DNA of 17,058 nt. Origin: a virus (lineage: Duplodnaviria; Heunggongvirae; Uroviricota; Caudoviricetes). The stretch spans positions 1-17,058 of IMG/VR virus record IMGVR_UViG_2609460221_000007; one strand, written 5' to 3'. A model generated the notes under the pieces. The model did no database searches. It was given only the letters and a program-made list of their open reading frames with translations, and was not told where the DNA came from. The first letter of the stretch is position 1. Each line of letters begins with the position of its first letter. This document shows, one piece after another, positions 7,276 through 17,058 of this stretch. A program made the translations under genes and the position numbers.

Positions 7276-7845
7276 ATGAGAGAACTACCTAAAGATTATT
7301 TTTTAGGAGTAGATGATGAGCTCGTCGATTATCTTGAAAAACAAGGGGAAGAGACGATACGAGAGATTCATCTTTCTAACAAAACCAATGTTGAGAATGG
7401 ATACAAACTTCTGAACATTCAGATTGTTGGAATTGGTTCATCTTTTTTATTGCTGACACAGAAAACTAATTTCGATTTTCTCACCGCCGGAATTACCACA
7501 TTTACATTACTATGGACATGGTGCGCCATTTACTTGGTATGTACTGGTTTATCTGTGAAGGTTAGGGGCCTGATCAATGCCCCTCCTGATCATCTATATC
7601 ATGAAAAATATAAGGATATGGAGCCCTCGAGCTTTAAAATATTCGCTGATGCAGGATATTTAGGACCTGATAAGTTATTGCCGCTTATACGAAGGTATCG
7701 CCTTGTTGACTTGAGTGATACAGCAAGAGAGTTACTGTTGGAAAATGAGAAAATCCGCACGAGTCTCGATAAAGCAAGGATGTATACCATCCTTGCTCCG
7801 GTAGCGGCGATGTTTATCTCGGCTGTTTTTTTATATGTTCAATGA
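7276..7845 (+). CDS. uncharacterised 189-aa membrane protein (three predicted TM helices); cargo gene in the Q-S position
   Basis: ATG 7276 with GGAGG upstream; AT-rich relative to flanking phage genes; hydrophobic segments IVGIGSSFLLL, AGITTFTLLWTWCAIYLVCTGL and C-terminal ILAPVAAMFISAVFLYV. No recognisable family. Confidence 0.6.
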   Translation: MRELPKDYFLGVDDELVDYLEKQGEETIREIHLSNKTNVENGYKLLNIQIVGIGSSFLLLTQKTNFDFLTAGITTFTLLWTWCAIYLVCTGLSVKVRGLINAPPDHLYHEKYKDMEPSSFKIFADAGYLGPDKLLPLIRRYRLVDLSDTARELLLENEKIRTSLDKARMYTILAPVAAMFISAVFLYVQ

Positions 7846-8068
7846 CTGAGTCGGCAGAATCTCCAACAAAAACACGACGTGTAGCAAAGTCTGTAGTACT
7901 TTGTGTTGGAGTTGGTTTTGGTGCCACGGGTTGCTGAGGTTTATTTTCACCTTGTGGTTTGTTTTTTCAGANCATAAAAATCCTCTTTGTTTGAATTGTT
8001 ACTTTTGGCGATTTAACGATATCAAACACGAGTATATACCGCCAGAAGCTTAATCTGGCACTCCATCT

Positions 8069-8094
8069 GGCCCCGGCATGTCCCGGGGCTTTTT
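8069..8094 (+). terminator. intrinsic terminator between the cargo gene and the holin
   Basis: GC stem GCCCCGG/CCGGGGC with 6-nt loop followed by TTTTT (8090-8094); read directly. Confidence 0.65.
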
Positions 8095-8192
8095 CGTTGT
8101 TAGGCTCTGGAAACATCCTCGACTTCTTGTTAGCAAGCCTGAGAGCCTGAATCTTACACTTAGCACCATCCGAACTCTCGGAGGTGAGGCTT

Positions 8193-8534
8193 ATGAAAAT
8201 GCACAATGCCCCTCATTCCTGGCCTGACTTACTGGAACTCTTACAAAGTTGGTGGCGTGGAGATACGCCGCTGGGTGCAGTGGTTATGTCAATTATTATG
8301 GCTGGTTTGCGCATTGCCTATTTTGGCGGTGGCGGCGGCTGGAAACGAAAAACGCTTGAGATTCTGCTTTGTGGTGCTCTGACGCTGACCTTTGCATCCG
8401 CGCTTGAGTATGTCGGATGGCCTAAATCACTTTCTGTTGCCATTGGTGGTGGGGTGGGGCTGATTGGTGTTGATGCTATTCGTGGTGCGGCAATGAGGGT
8501 CATCGGTAACAAGTTCGGTGCCCATAAGGAGTAA
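8193..8534 (+). CDS. S: holin, lambda S family, with Met-Lys-Met dual-start motif
   Basis: GGAGG (8180-8184) then ATG-AAA-ATG (8193/8199); translation has the three hydrophobic segments and charged C-terminus of lambda S; directly upstream of the R endolysin. Confidence 0.85.
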   Translation: MKMHNAPHSWPDLLELLQSWWRGDTPLGAVVMSIIMAGLRIAYFGGGGGWKRKTLEILLCGALTLTFASALEYVGWPKSLSVAIGGGVGLIGVDAIRGAAMRVIGNKFGAHKE

Positions 8535-8537
8535 TTA

Positions 8538-9014
8538 ATGCAGACACTTAATTCCCAGCGTAAAGCTTTCCTTGATATGGTGGCATGGTCAGAAGGAACA
8601 GATAACGGACGGCAGAAAACCAGAAATCACGGTTATGATGTTATTGTCGGTGGCGAACTGTTCACTGATTACTCCGATCACCCCCGCAAACTTGTCACGC
8701 TAAATCCGAAACTCAAATCAACAGCCGCTGGACGTTACCAGCTTCTTTCACGCTGGTGGGATGCCTACCGCAAGCAACTTGGCCTGAAAGATTTTTCTCC
8801 AGAAAGTCAGGATGCTGTAGCGCTGCAGCAGATTAAAGAGCGTGGCGCTTTGCCGATGATTGATCGCGGTGATATCCGTCAGACTATCGACCGTTGCAGC
8901 AATATATGGGCTTCACTGCCGGGCGCTGGTTATGGTCAGTTCGAGCATAAGGCTGACAGTCTGATTGCAAAATTCAAAGAAGCTGGCGGAACGGTCAGAG
9001 AGATTGAGGTATGA
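8538..9014 (+). CDS. R: endolysin, lambda R-type lytic transglycosylase
   Basis: Translation (…[47 protein letters not shown]…) is near-identical to lambda R as recalled; RBS AAGGAG. Confidence 0.9.
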   Translation: MQTLNSQRKAFLDMVAWSEGTDNGRQKTRNHGYDVIVGGELFTDYSDHPRKLVTLNPKLKSTAAGRYQLLSRWWDAYRKQLGLKDFSPESQDAVALQQIKERGALPMIDRGDIRQTIDRCSNIWASLPGAGYGQFEHKADSLIAKFKEAGGTVREIEV

Positions 9015-9484
9015 GCAGAGTAACCGCGATTATCTCCGCTCTGGTTATCTGCATCGTCGTCTGCCTGTCATGGGGTGTTAATCATTACCGTGATAACGCC
9101 ATCGCCTACAAAGAACAGCGCGACAAAAATGCCAGAGAACTGAAGCTGGCGAACGCGGCAATTACTGACATGCAGATGCGTCAGCGTGATGTTGCTGCGC
9201 TCGATGCAAAATACACGAAGGAGTTAGCTGATGCGAAAGCTGAAAATGATGCTCTGCGTGATGATGTTGCCGCTGGTCGTCGTCGGTTGCACATCAAAGC
9301 AGTCTGTCAGTCAGTGCGTGAAGCCACCACCGCCTCCGGCGTGGATAATGCAGCCTCCCCCCGACTGGCAGACACCGCTGAACGGGATTATTTCACCCTC
9401 CGGGAACGACTGGTAATGATGCAGGCCCAACTTGAAGGTGCTCAGCAATACATAACCGAGCAGTGTTTNAAAGTAAAATCTTAA
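9011..9484 (+). CDS. Rz: i-spanin Rz
   Basis: N-terminal TM segment then coiled-coil periplasmic domain, near-identical to lambda Rz as recalled; an ambiguous base at 9468 makes the exact stop uncertain. Confidence 0.85.
   Translation: MSRVTAIISALVICIVVCLSWGVNHYRDNAIAYKEQRDKNARELKLANAAITDMQMRQRDVAALDAKYTKELADAKAENDALRDDVAAGRRRLHIKAVCQSVREATTASGVDNAASPRLADTAERDYFTLRERLVMMQAQLEGAQQYITEQCXKVKS
9231..9416 (+). CDS. Rz1: o-spanin Rz1 lipoprotein, embedded in the +1 frame of Rz
   Basis: Lipobox LVVVGC followed by a proline-rich segment ([15 protein letters not shown]), near-identical to lambda Rz1 as recalled; lies entirely inside Rz. Confidence 0.85.
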   Translation: MRKLKMMLCVMMLPLVVVGCTSKQSVSQCVKPPPPPAWIMQPPPDWQTPLNGIISPSGNDW

Positions 9485-9613
9485 CTACAATATGATTCAT
9501 TTTGATGATTGTTTCATAAGGAACAGTGAAGTAAGATCTAAGAGGAGTTAAATTTTATACAGTATAATCATAATATTGCAGCAAGGTGGTTATAATTGAA
9601 AGAATATTTAGAT

Positions 9614-11074
9614 ATGAATACATCTCATGTAAGAGTTGTTACTCATATGTGTGGGTTCCTGGTTTGGCTCTATAGTCTTTCAATGTTGCCACCAATGGTT
9701 GTAGCATTGTTTTATAAAGNAAAAAAGCCTGTTCGTTTTCTTTATAACTTTCGTTATATTTTTTTGCATTGGTGGCGGAGCGTGGTATACAACTAAGAAA
9801 TCTGGCATTCAATTACGTANCCGTGATGGGTTTATTATAATTGTAATGTTTTGGATTTTGTTTTCTGTTATTAGTGCATTCCCTTTATGGATTGACTCAG
9901 AACTTAATTTAACGTTCATTGATGCTCTGTTTGAAGGGGTTTCTGGAATAACAACAACAGGAGCAACTGTAATTGATGATGTTAGTTCATTACCTCGGGC
10001 ATATTTGTACTATCGGTCACAGTTAAATTTTATAGGTGGTTTAGGAGTTATTGTTCTGGCGGTTGCTGTATTGCCATTATTGGGTATTGGTGGTGCAAAG
10101 CTTTATCAGTCAGAAATGCCGGGGCCATTTAAGGATGACAAACTCACTCCCCGCCTGGCCGATACGTCACGGACACTGTGGATAACTTATTCTTTATTAG
10201 GTATTGCTTGTATTGTCTGTTATAGACTTGCAGGAATGCCTTTGTTTGATGCTATTTGTCACGGGATTTCCACAGTTTCGCTTGGTGGTTTCTCAACTCA
10301 TAGCGAGAGTATCGGATATTTTAATAACTATTTGGTTGAGCTGGTGGCTGGTTCTTTTTCCCTGCTATCGGCTTTCAACTTCACTCTTTGGTATATTGTT
10401 ATTAGCAGGAAAACGATAAAACCTTTAATCAGAGATATTGAACTTCGTTTCTTTCTGTTAATAGCCTTAGGGGTGATCATTGTTACCTCTTTCCAGGTCT
10501 GGCATATAGGTATGTATGACTTGCATGGAAGTTTTATTCATTCGTTTTTTCTTGCCAGCTCCATGCTCACTGATAATGGTTTAGCTACGCAGGATTATGC
10601 AAGTTGGCCCACGCACACGATAGTGTTTTTGCTGTTGTCAAGTTTCTTTGGGGGATGTATAGGTTCAACTTGTGGTGGAATTAAGTCACTTCGATTTCTT
10701 ATACTTTTCAAACAAAGCAAACACGAGATAAATCAGCTTTCTCATCCCAGAGCGTTGTTGAGTGTAAATGTAGGAGGGAAGATAGTTACAGATCGTGTAA
10801 TGAGGTCTGTATGGAGTTTCNTTTTTTCTTTATACTCTCTTCACGGTGTTTTTTATACTGGTGTTAAATGGTATGGGATATGATTTTCTTACATCATTTG
10901 CAACAGTGGCTGCATGTATTAATAATATGGGATTAGGTTTTGGGGCTACTGCATCGTCATTCGGAGTGCTTAATGACATTGCAAAATGTTTAATGTGCAT
11001 AGCTATGATTCTTGGTCGCCTTGAAATTTATCCTGTTATTATATTGTTTTCAGGNTTTTTTTTGGCGCTCCTAA
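9614..11074 (+). CDS. trkG: potassium uptake protein TrkG (Trk system membrane component); reading frame interrupted only at ambiguous bases
   Basis: Three consecutive ORF fragments (frames shift at n 9720, n 10821, n 11055, each in a homopolymer run) together translate to a TrkH/TrkG-type polytopic transporter starting MNTSHVRVV… and ending …FFWRS* when the frame is corrected. AT-rich. Known cargo of Rac-type prophages. Confidence 0.8.
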
Positions 11075-11160
11075 TATATGGCTGATTTATAATTGTGAGT
11101 TTAATATTATGTTGACTCACTCATTGATCCAATACCTAACTTTACCAGCAACACCTCCGT

Positions 11161-11195
11161 CCCCAGTAGCACTGGCTGCTGGGGTGCGTTTTATT
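11161..11195 (+). terminator. putative terminator after trkG
   Basis: 10-bp stem CCCCAGTAGC/GCTGCTGGGG (one G-U) with ACTG loop, followed by TGCGTTTTATT; the U-tract is offset by 4 nt, so strength is uncertain. Confidence 0.4.
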
Positions 11196-11211
11196 CATAA
11201 AGCAAGGCTGT

Positions 11212-12003
11212 ATGAGCGAGAAATTAAAGATAGTCTATCGCCCATTACAAGAATTGTCACCGTATGCGCACAACGCCAGGACGCACAGTACTGAGCAGGT
11301 GGCACAACTGGTAGAAAGTATTAAGCAATTCGGCTGGACTAATCCGGTGCTGATTGACGAAAAGGGCGAAATTATTGCGGGTCACGGTCGTGTTATGGCG
11401 GCTGAAATGCTCAAAATGGATTCTGTTCCGGTCATTGTTCTGTCTGGCCTGACGGATGAGCAGAAAAAGGCGTACCGCCTGGCAGATAATCGCCTGCCGA
11501 TGAATGCTGGCTGGGATGAAGATCTGTTGCGGATGGAGCTGTCGGACCTAATCAATGCTGATTTTGATGTCTCCCTGACAGGCTTCATCCCGACAGAAAT
11601 TGATGAACTGTTGACGGATGTTTTGCCCGGTACAGGAAATGAGGAGGAGCCGTATACGACGAAAATTGATACGCCTGTTTATGAGCCGTCGGGCGGTAAA
11701 CCGGATATCAGTGAACTGTACGACGATACGAAAACTCAGGAGCTGATCAGCCGGATACGTTCGGCGTCCCTTGAGCCTGATATTGAGAAATTCCTCCTGT
11801 GTGCGGCAGAACGTCACACGGTGTTTAATTTCAGCAGAATTGCGGACTATTACGCTCACGCCCCCTCTGAAATTCAGTGTTTTTTCGAGGAGTCGGCGCT
11901 GGTGATCATTGATTATCAGCAGGCTATTGAAAATGGATTTGTCCGGATGACGCAGCGCATGGTGGAGATCATGCATGGTGGTGAGGAGGAGGAATATGCG
12001 TGA
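11212..12003 (+). CDS. ParB-like nuclease domain (ParB/Srx N-terminal domain) protein
   Basis: N-terminal region with the characteristic …PVLIDEKGEIIAGHGRVMAA… ParB-N motif; acidic C-terminus; stop overlaps the next start. Confidence 0.75.
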   Translation: MSEKLKIVYRPLQELSPYAHNARTHSTEQVAQLVESIKQFGWTNPVLIDEKGEIIAGHGRVMAAEMLKMDSVPVIVLSGLTDEQKKAYRLADNRLPMNAGWDEDLLRMELSDLINADFDVSLTGFIPTEIDELLTDVLPGTGNEEEPYTTKIDTPVYEPSGGKPDISELYDDTKTQELISRIRSASLEPDIEKFLLCAAERHTVFNFSRIADYYAHAPSEIQCFFEESALVIIDYQQAIENGFVRMTQRMVEIMHGGEEEEYA

Positions 12004-12928
12004 TGATTTTTGCGCCTTTATTCTGACTCACGGGCGACCGGACAAAGTTCTGACTTACCGGACGTTGCGTCGTGCTGGCTATACCGGGAAAATTTTTATC
12101 GTTGTTGATGATGAAGATAAGACACGGCATCAGTACATGGCTGAATTTGGGGAACAGGTGCTGGTGTTTTCCAAAGCCGATATCGCCAGTCGTTTTGACG
12201 AAGCCGATAATTTCTGTGACCGCCGCTCAATTTTTTACGCCCGTAATGCCTGTTTCGACCTGGCAAAACTGGTCGGGTGTAAATACTTCATTCAGCTCGA
12301 TGATGATTATCACGAGTTCCAGTTTCGGGTGGATCGCAACTATGACCAGGCCTATTTTCCGATAAGGAAACTGGATGCGATCCTTTCTGAAATGCTGGCG
12401 TACTACGAATCAATACCTGCTCTTTCCATCGCTATGTCGCAGGGCGGGGATTTTCTTGGTGACAATGGCGGCCATGCTTCGTGGGTGAAACGCAAGGCAA
12501 TGAACAGCTTTATCTGTTCGGTTGAACGACCGTTCTCATTCATGGGGCGCATTAACGAGGATGTGAATACGTACACGAATCTCGGTCGCTGTGGTGAATT
12601 GTTTATGACGATCGGTGCTGTCCAGTTAGGGCAGAAACAGACGCAGAAAAACAGCGGCGGAATGACCGAGCTGTATCTGGATTCCGGAACCTACGTTAAA
12701 AGTTTTTACTCCGTCATGTATGCGCCGTCGTGCGTAAAAATCTCACTGATGGGTGCCAGCCATAAACGCATTCACCATCAGGTCACCTGGAACAACGCTG
12801 CAGTAAAAATCCTTCACGAAAAATACAGGAAGAAGACACCCTGCATATCAATGGGGGTGACAAATGATTCCGTATTCGAAAGTCGAGTCTCTGGCAGCGT
12901 GCCGGATGACTGCACAACAAATCGCTGA
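11996..12928 (+). CDS. GT-A-fold glycosyltransferase-like protein (nucleotide-sugar transferase-like, DxD motif)
   Basis: ATG 11996 preceded by GGAGGAGG, overlapping the ParB-like stop (ATGCGTGA). Translation shows AFILTHGRP…IFIVVDDED…FIQLDDDY, the beta-strand/DxD pattern of GT-A enzymes; no TM segments. Function inferred from motif only. Confidence 0.55.
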   Translation: MRDDFCAFILTHGRPDKVLTYRTLRRAGYTGKIFIVVDDEDKTRHQYMAEFGEQVLVFSKADIASRFDEADNFCDRRSIFYARNACFDLAKLVGCKYFIQLDDDYHEFQFRVDRNYDQAYFPIRKLDAILSEMLAYYESIPALSIAMSQGGDFLGDNGGHASWVKRKAMNSFICSVERPFSFMGRINEDVNTYTNLGRCGELFMTIGAVQLGQKQTQKNSGGMTELYLDSGTYVKSFYSVMYAPSCVKISLMGASHKRIHHQVTWNNAAVKILHEKYRKKTPCISMGVTNDSVFESRVSGSVPDDCTTNR

Positions 12929-13115
12929 CGTTCTGGATGTTGATCTGAACCGACTGAAAGAAAATCGGGAAGCAATGACAGATTTTTATGCGGCCATCCG
13001 TAAGGGCAGAGCGAAAGGTGAAGCCGAGTTACGAGCGGCATTGTTTAAGCTTGCCAGAAAAGGGGATGCCTTTGCTCTGCGCGAACTACTCAGGGTGGAT
13101 AAAAATCAGGACTAA
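12864..13115 (+). CDS. small hypothetical protein, possible HTH (…MTAQQIADVLDVD…)
   Basis: ATG 12864 preceded by GGGGGTG; overlaps the 3' end of the upstream gene by 65 nt (an alternative start ATG at 12906 would reduce this); stop abuts the TerS start. Confidence 0.45.
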   Translation: MIPYSKVESLAACRMTAQQIADVLDVDLNRLKENREAMTDFYAAIRKGRAKGEAELRAALFKLARKGDAFALRELLRVDKNQD

Positions 13116-13118
13116 CTG

Positions 13119-14213
13119 ATGAGCAGACCGGACTGGGGGGCGTTGCAGCAGGAGTATATTGCTGAATACACCCGCTCCGGTATATCTCCGGTGGCATGGT
13201 GTGAAGCAAGGGGACTGAATTACGCAACAGCCCGTCGTTACATCAAAAAAACTCCGAAAAATGCGCAGACAGAAATGTGCAAAACTGCGCAAAAAAGTGC
13301 GCAGAAAAAATCTGCGCAGACTGCACAAAAGCGGAACGAAAAATCTCAGGAAAAAAAGCCAGTATTCGATGCGGGCCTGAATGAGGGCGACGCGGAGGAA
13401 TTTTCGTTCTGTCCCGATGAATTCGGCATTTCTGACCAGCAGGCTAAGTTTGCGATGCTTGTTGCTCAGGGTAAAAAGCCGACAGAGGCGTACCGACTAG
13501 CCGGTTATGAGGGGCAAGGTGCGACAGCTAATAGCAACGCCAGTCGTATGCTTAGAAATGCCAGGGTTTTTCGCGCTATCAGCTACTTCCGCAATCAGTA
13601 CCAGAAACGCTATACCGCAGACCTGGATTTACTAGTGAGTCAGTTGATGGCCATTGTCCTGGCCGACCCCAATCAGCTTGCACAATTTCGCCGTGTTAAC
13701 TGCCGTTATTGCTGGGGCGAGAATCATCTCTACCAGTGGCGCGATATAGCAGAATTCGACAAGGCAGCGGCGCAGGCTTCCAGAGATGGCAAACCCGAAC
13801 CGGAATATGGANGCCTCGGCTTTGTTGATAACGCCATACCCAATCCGGACTGCCCGAAGTGCTGCGGTGAGGGAACGGGACAGCTTTATATGGCTGATAC
13901 CACTCTGCTTGATGGGGATGCGCGGCAATTATATGCAGGGGCAAAATTCGGAAAATTCGGCGTTGAGATCCTGCTGGAGGATAAGGCTGCCGCCCGGCGT
14001 GAATTGTTGCGTTTGCTTTCTGCTGGCGGGGCTTTATGTGCAGATAAGCGGCTACAGGAACTGGAAATTGAACGGCGCAGAATGGAAAACCAGAAGCTGC
14101 GCAAAGAGATCGAAACGGTGGAAGATAATGAACATCCCCAGCCTGTGGCGATCAATATTAATGTGGTTGATGCCAGAGTAAGGAGTGATGAAGATGATCT
14201 CTCCGACGCTTAA
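13119..14213 (+). CDS. terminase small subunit (Terminase_2-like core with N-terminal HTH and C-terminal CxxC…CxxC zinc-ribbon/coiled coil)
   Basis: Core …AKFAMLVAQGKKPTEAYRLAGYEGQGATANSNASRMLRNARVFRAISYF… is typical of phage TerS; immediately upstream of the large terminase; one ambiguous codon (n 13811). Confidence 0.7.
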   Translation: MSRPDWGALQQEYIAEYTRSGISPVAWCEARGLNYATARRYIKKTPKNAQTEMCKTAQKSAQKKSAQTAQKRNEKSQEKKPVFDAGLNEGDAEEFSFCPDEFGISDQQAKFAMLVAQGKKPTEAYRLAGYEGQGATANSNASRMLRNARVFRAISYFRNQYQKRYTADLDLLVSQLMAIVLADPNQLAQFRRVNCRYCWGENHLYQWRDIAEFDKAAAQASRDGKPEPEYGXLGFVDNAIPNPDCPKCCGEGTGQLYMADTTLLDGDARQLYAGAKFGKFGVEILLEDKAAARRELLRLLSAGGALCADKRLQELEIERRRMENQKLRKEIETVEDNEHPQPVAININVVDARVRSDEDDLSDA

Positions 14214-15495
14214 TGTGCCTCAGGCGCGATTTCTTTCAATGCCCCATAAATTTAAAGCCTATATTGCTGGTTTTGGCTCGGGCAAAACATGGGTTGGGTG
14301 TGGCGGCATATGCAAGGGGATTTGGGAGCATCCAGGTATAAATCAGGGATATTTTGCGCCAACGTATCCCCAAATTCGCGATATTTTTTACCCTACAGTG
14401 GAAGAAGTTGCTGCTGACTGGGGATTGAACGTAAAAATTAATGAGGGAAATAAAGAGGTTCACTTTTATTACGGACGCCAGTATCGGGGAACCACTATCT
14501 GCAGATCGATGGAGAAGCCACAAACGATCGTCGGTTTCAAAATTGGTAATGCGTTGGTGGATGAACTGGACATTTTGCCGAAGGAAAAAGCCAGAACGGC
14601 GTGGCGCAAGATAATTGCACGTATGCGTTATAAGATTGATGGACTTCGCAACGGTATTGACGTTACAACCACGCCGGAAGGATTCAAATTTGTCTACGAG
14701 CAGTTTGTTAAAGCCGTGCGTGAAAAAACAGAGCTGGCCTCACTGTATGGTCTGGTGCAGGCATCTACTTTCGATAATGAAAAGAACCTGCCAGCAGATT
14801 ACATTCCTTCGCTTCTTGAATCATACCCTCCAGAGCTGATTAAAGCCTATCTTCGAGGACAGTTTACTAACCTGACAAGTGGTACTGTTTACCATCAGTT
14901 TGACCGGAAACTGAATAATTGCGAAGAAGTGGAGCAGCCAGGGGAGCCGATTTATATTGGGATGGATTTTAACGTTGGAAAGATGGCGGGAATCGTCCAT
15001 GTGCTGCGTTTGGGGCTTCCATGTGCGGTAACTGAAATCATCAATGCCTACGATACGCCGGATATGATCCGCATCATTAAAGAACGCTTCTGGCTGTATG
15101 ATGGGAATGATTACCGGAAAGTGAGGGAAATTTATATTTATCCAGATGCTTCCGGGGATTCCAGAAAATCAAGTAACGCAAGTACGACGGATATAGCCCA
15201 GCTTAAGCAGGCTGGTTTTAACGTTGTGGTGAACAGCTCGAACCCGCCAGTAAAAGATCGCGTTAACTCAATGAATGCAATGTTCTGCAATGCCAATGGT
15301 GAGCGTCGCTATAAAGTTAATGTGAAGCGTTGCCCGTTATATGCCGAATCTCTGGAGCAACAGGTCTGGGATGAGAAGGGGGAGCCTGATAAAAAATCTG
15401 GCAATGATCACCCGAATGATGCCGGAGGTTATTTCATCGTTAAGCAATTCCCTATTGTCAAACCGACCGGAAGAGTCACATCACTTCGGATTTAA
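14194..15495 (+). CDS. terminase large subunit
   Basis: Walker A-like AGFGSGKTW near the N-terminus, acidic nuclease-like C-terminal half; start chosen at ATG 14194 (8 nt after AGGAG); in-frame alternatives at 14185 or 14188. Confidence 0.85.
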   Translation: MISPTLNVPQARFLSMPHKFKAYIAGFGSGKTWVGCGGICKGIWEHPGINQGYFAPTYPQIRDIFYPTVEEVAADWGLNVKINEGNKEVHFYYGRQYRGTTICRSMEKPQTIVGFKIGNALVDELDILPKEKARTAWRKIIARMRYKIDGLRNGIDVTTTPEGFKFVYEQFVKAVREKTELASLYGLVQASTFDNEKNLPADYIPSLLESYPPELIKAYLRGQFTNLTSGTVYHQFDRKLNNCEEVEQPGEPIYIGMDFNVGKMAGIVHVLRLGLPCAVTEIINAYDTPDMIRIIKERFWLYDGNDYRKVREIYIYPDASGDSRKSSNASTTDIAQLKQAGFNVVVNSSNPPVKDRVNSMNAMFCNANGERRYKVNVKRCPLYAESLEQQVWDEKGEPDKKSGNDHPNDAGGYFIVKQFPIVKPTGRVTSLRI

Positions 15496-15497
15496 TT

Positions 15498-17058
<1,561 letters not shown>

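Noticed and set aside
7846-8190. Possible tRNA genes or a 79-aa minus-strand ORF (7967-8206) between the cargo gene and the holin
   Set aside because: tRNA genes are common here in Stx phages, but I see no cloverleaf-compatible acceptor or T-arm pattern. The minus ORF spans an ambiguous base and the terminator and has no RBS.
10204-10419. 71-aa alternative-frame ORF inside trkG
   Set aside because: Internal to the well-supported TrkG reading frame; a product of frame ambiguity.
11109-11294. 61-aa ORF spanning the trkG terminator and the start of the ParB-like gene
   Set aside because: Runs through the hairpin terminator and overlaps the ParB-like ORF out of frame; no RBS.
13632-14181. Several minus- and plus-strand ORFs (13632-13928, 13696-13944, 13786-14181, 13886-14155) inside the small terminase gene
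   Set aside because: All overlap the TerS frame, which has recognisable terminase motifs; one depends on an ambiguous base; treated as shadow ORFs.

Overview
This window reads as a contiguous segment of a lambdoid, Rac-like enterobacterial prophage, almost entirely transcribed on the + strand. All calls rest on reading the translations and motifs by eye; no database search was run. In order: (1) a tightly coupled operon of seven genes (319-3649) including a DUF4406-like protein and an HNH endonuclease; (2) an AT-rich cargo island with a Hok/Gef-family toxin locus, a convergent YeaR-like gene and an ORF-free ~830 bp stretch carrying a perfect 13-bp inverted repeat; (3) two nin-region genes and a Q-like antiterminator followed by a tR'-like terminator; (4) an AT-rich gene for a 189-aa three-TM protein sitting between Q and the lysis genes, where Shiga-toxin genes sit in Stx phages; (5) a lambda-type lysis cassette (S holin with Met-Lys-Met dual start, R transglycosylase, Rz with embedded Rz1); (6) the potassium transporter gene trkG; (7) a translationally coupled ParB-like nuclease and GT-A-like glycosyltransferase-like pair; (8) small and large terminase subunits; (9) a putative portal gene cut short by an IS3-family element that runs off the window. 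The two best candidates for an undescribed system are the Q-S cargo gene and the ParB/GT-A pair; their functions cannot be assigned from sequence alone. The ten ambiguous 'n' bases mostly sit in homopolymer runs and three of them coincide with the apparent frameshifts in trkG, so those frameshifts are more likely sequence artefacts than real.
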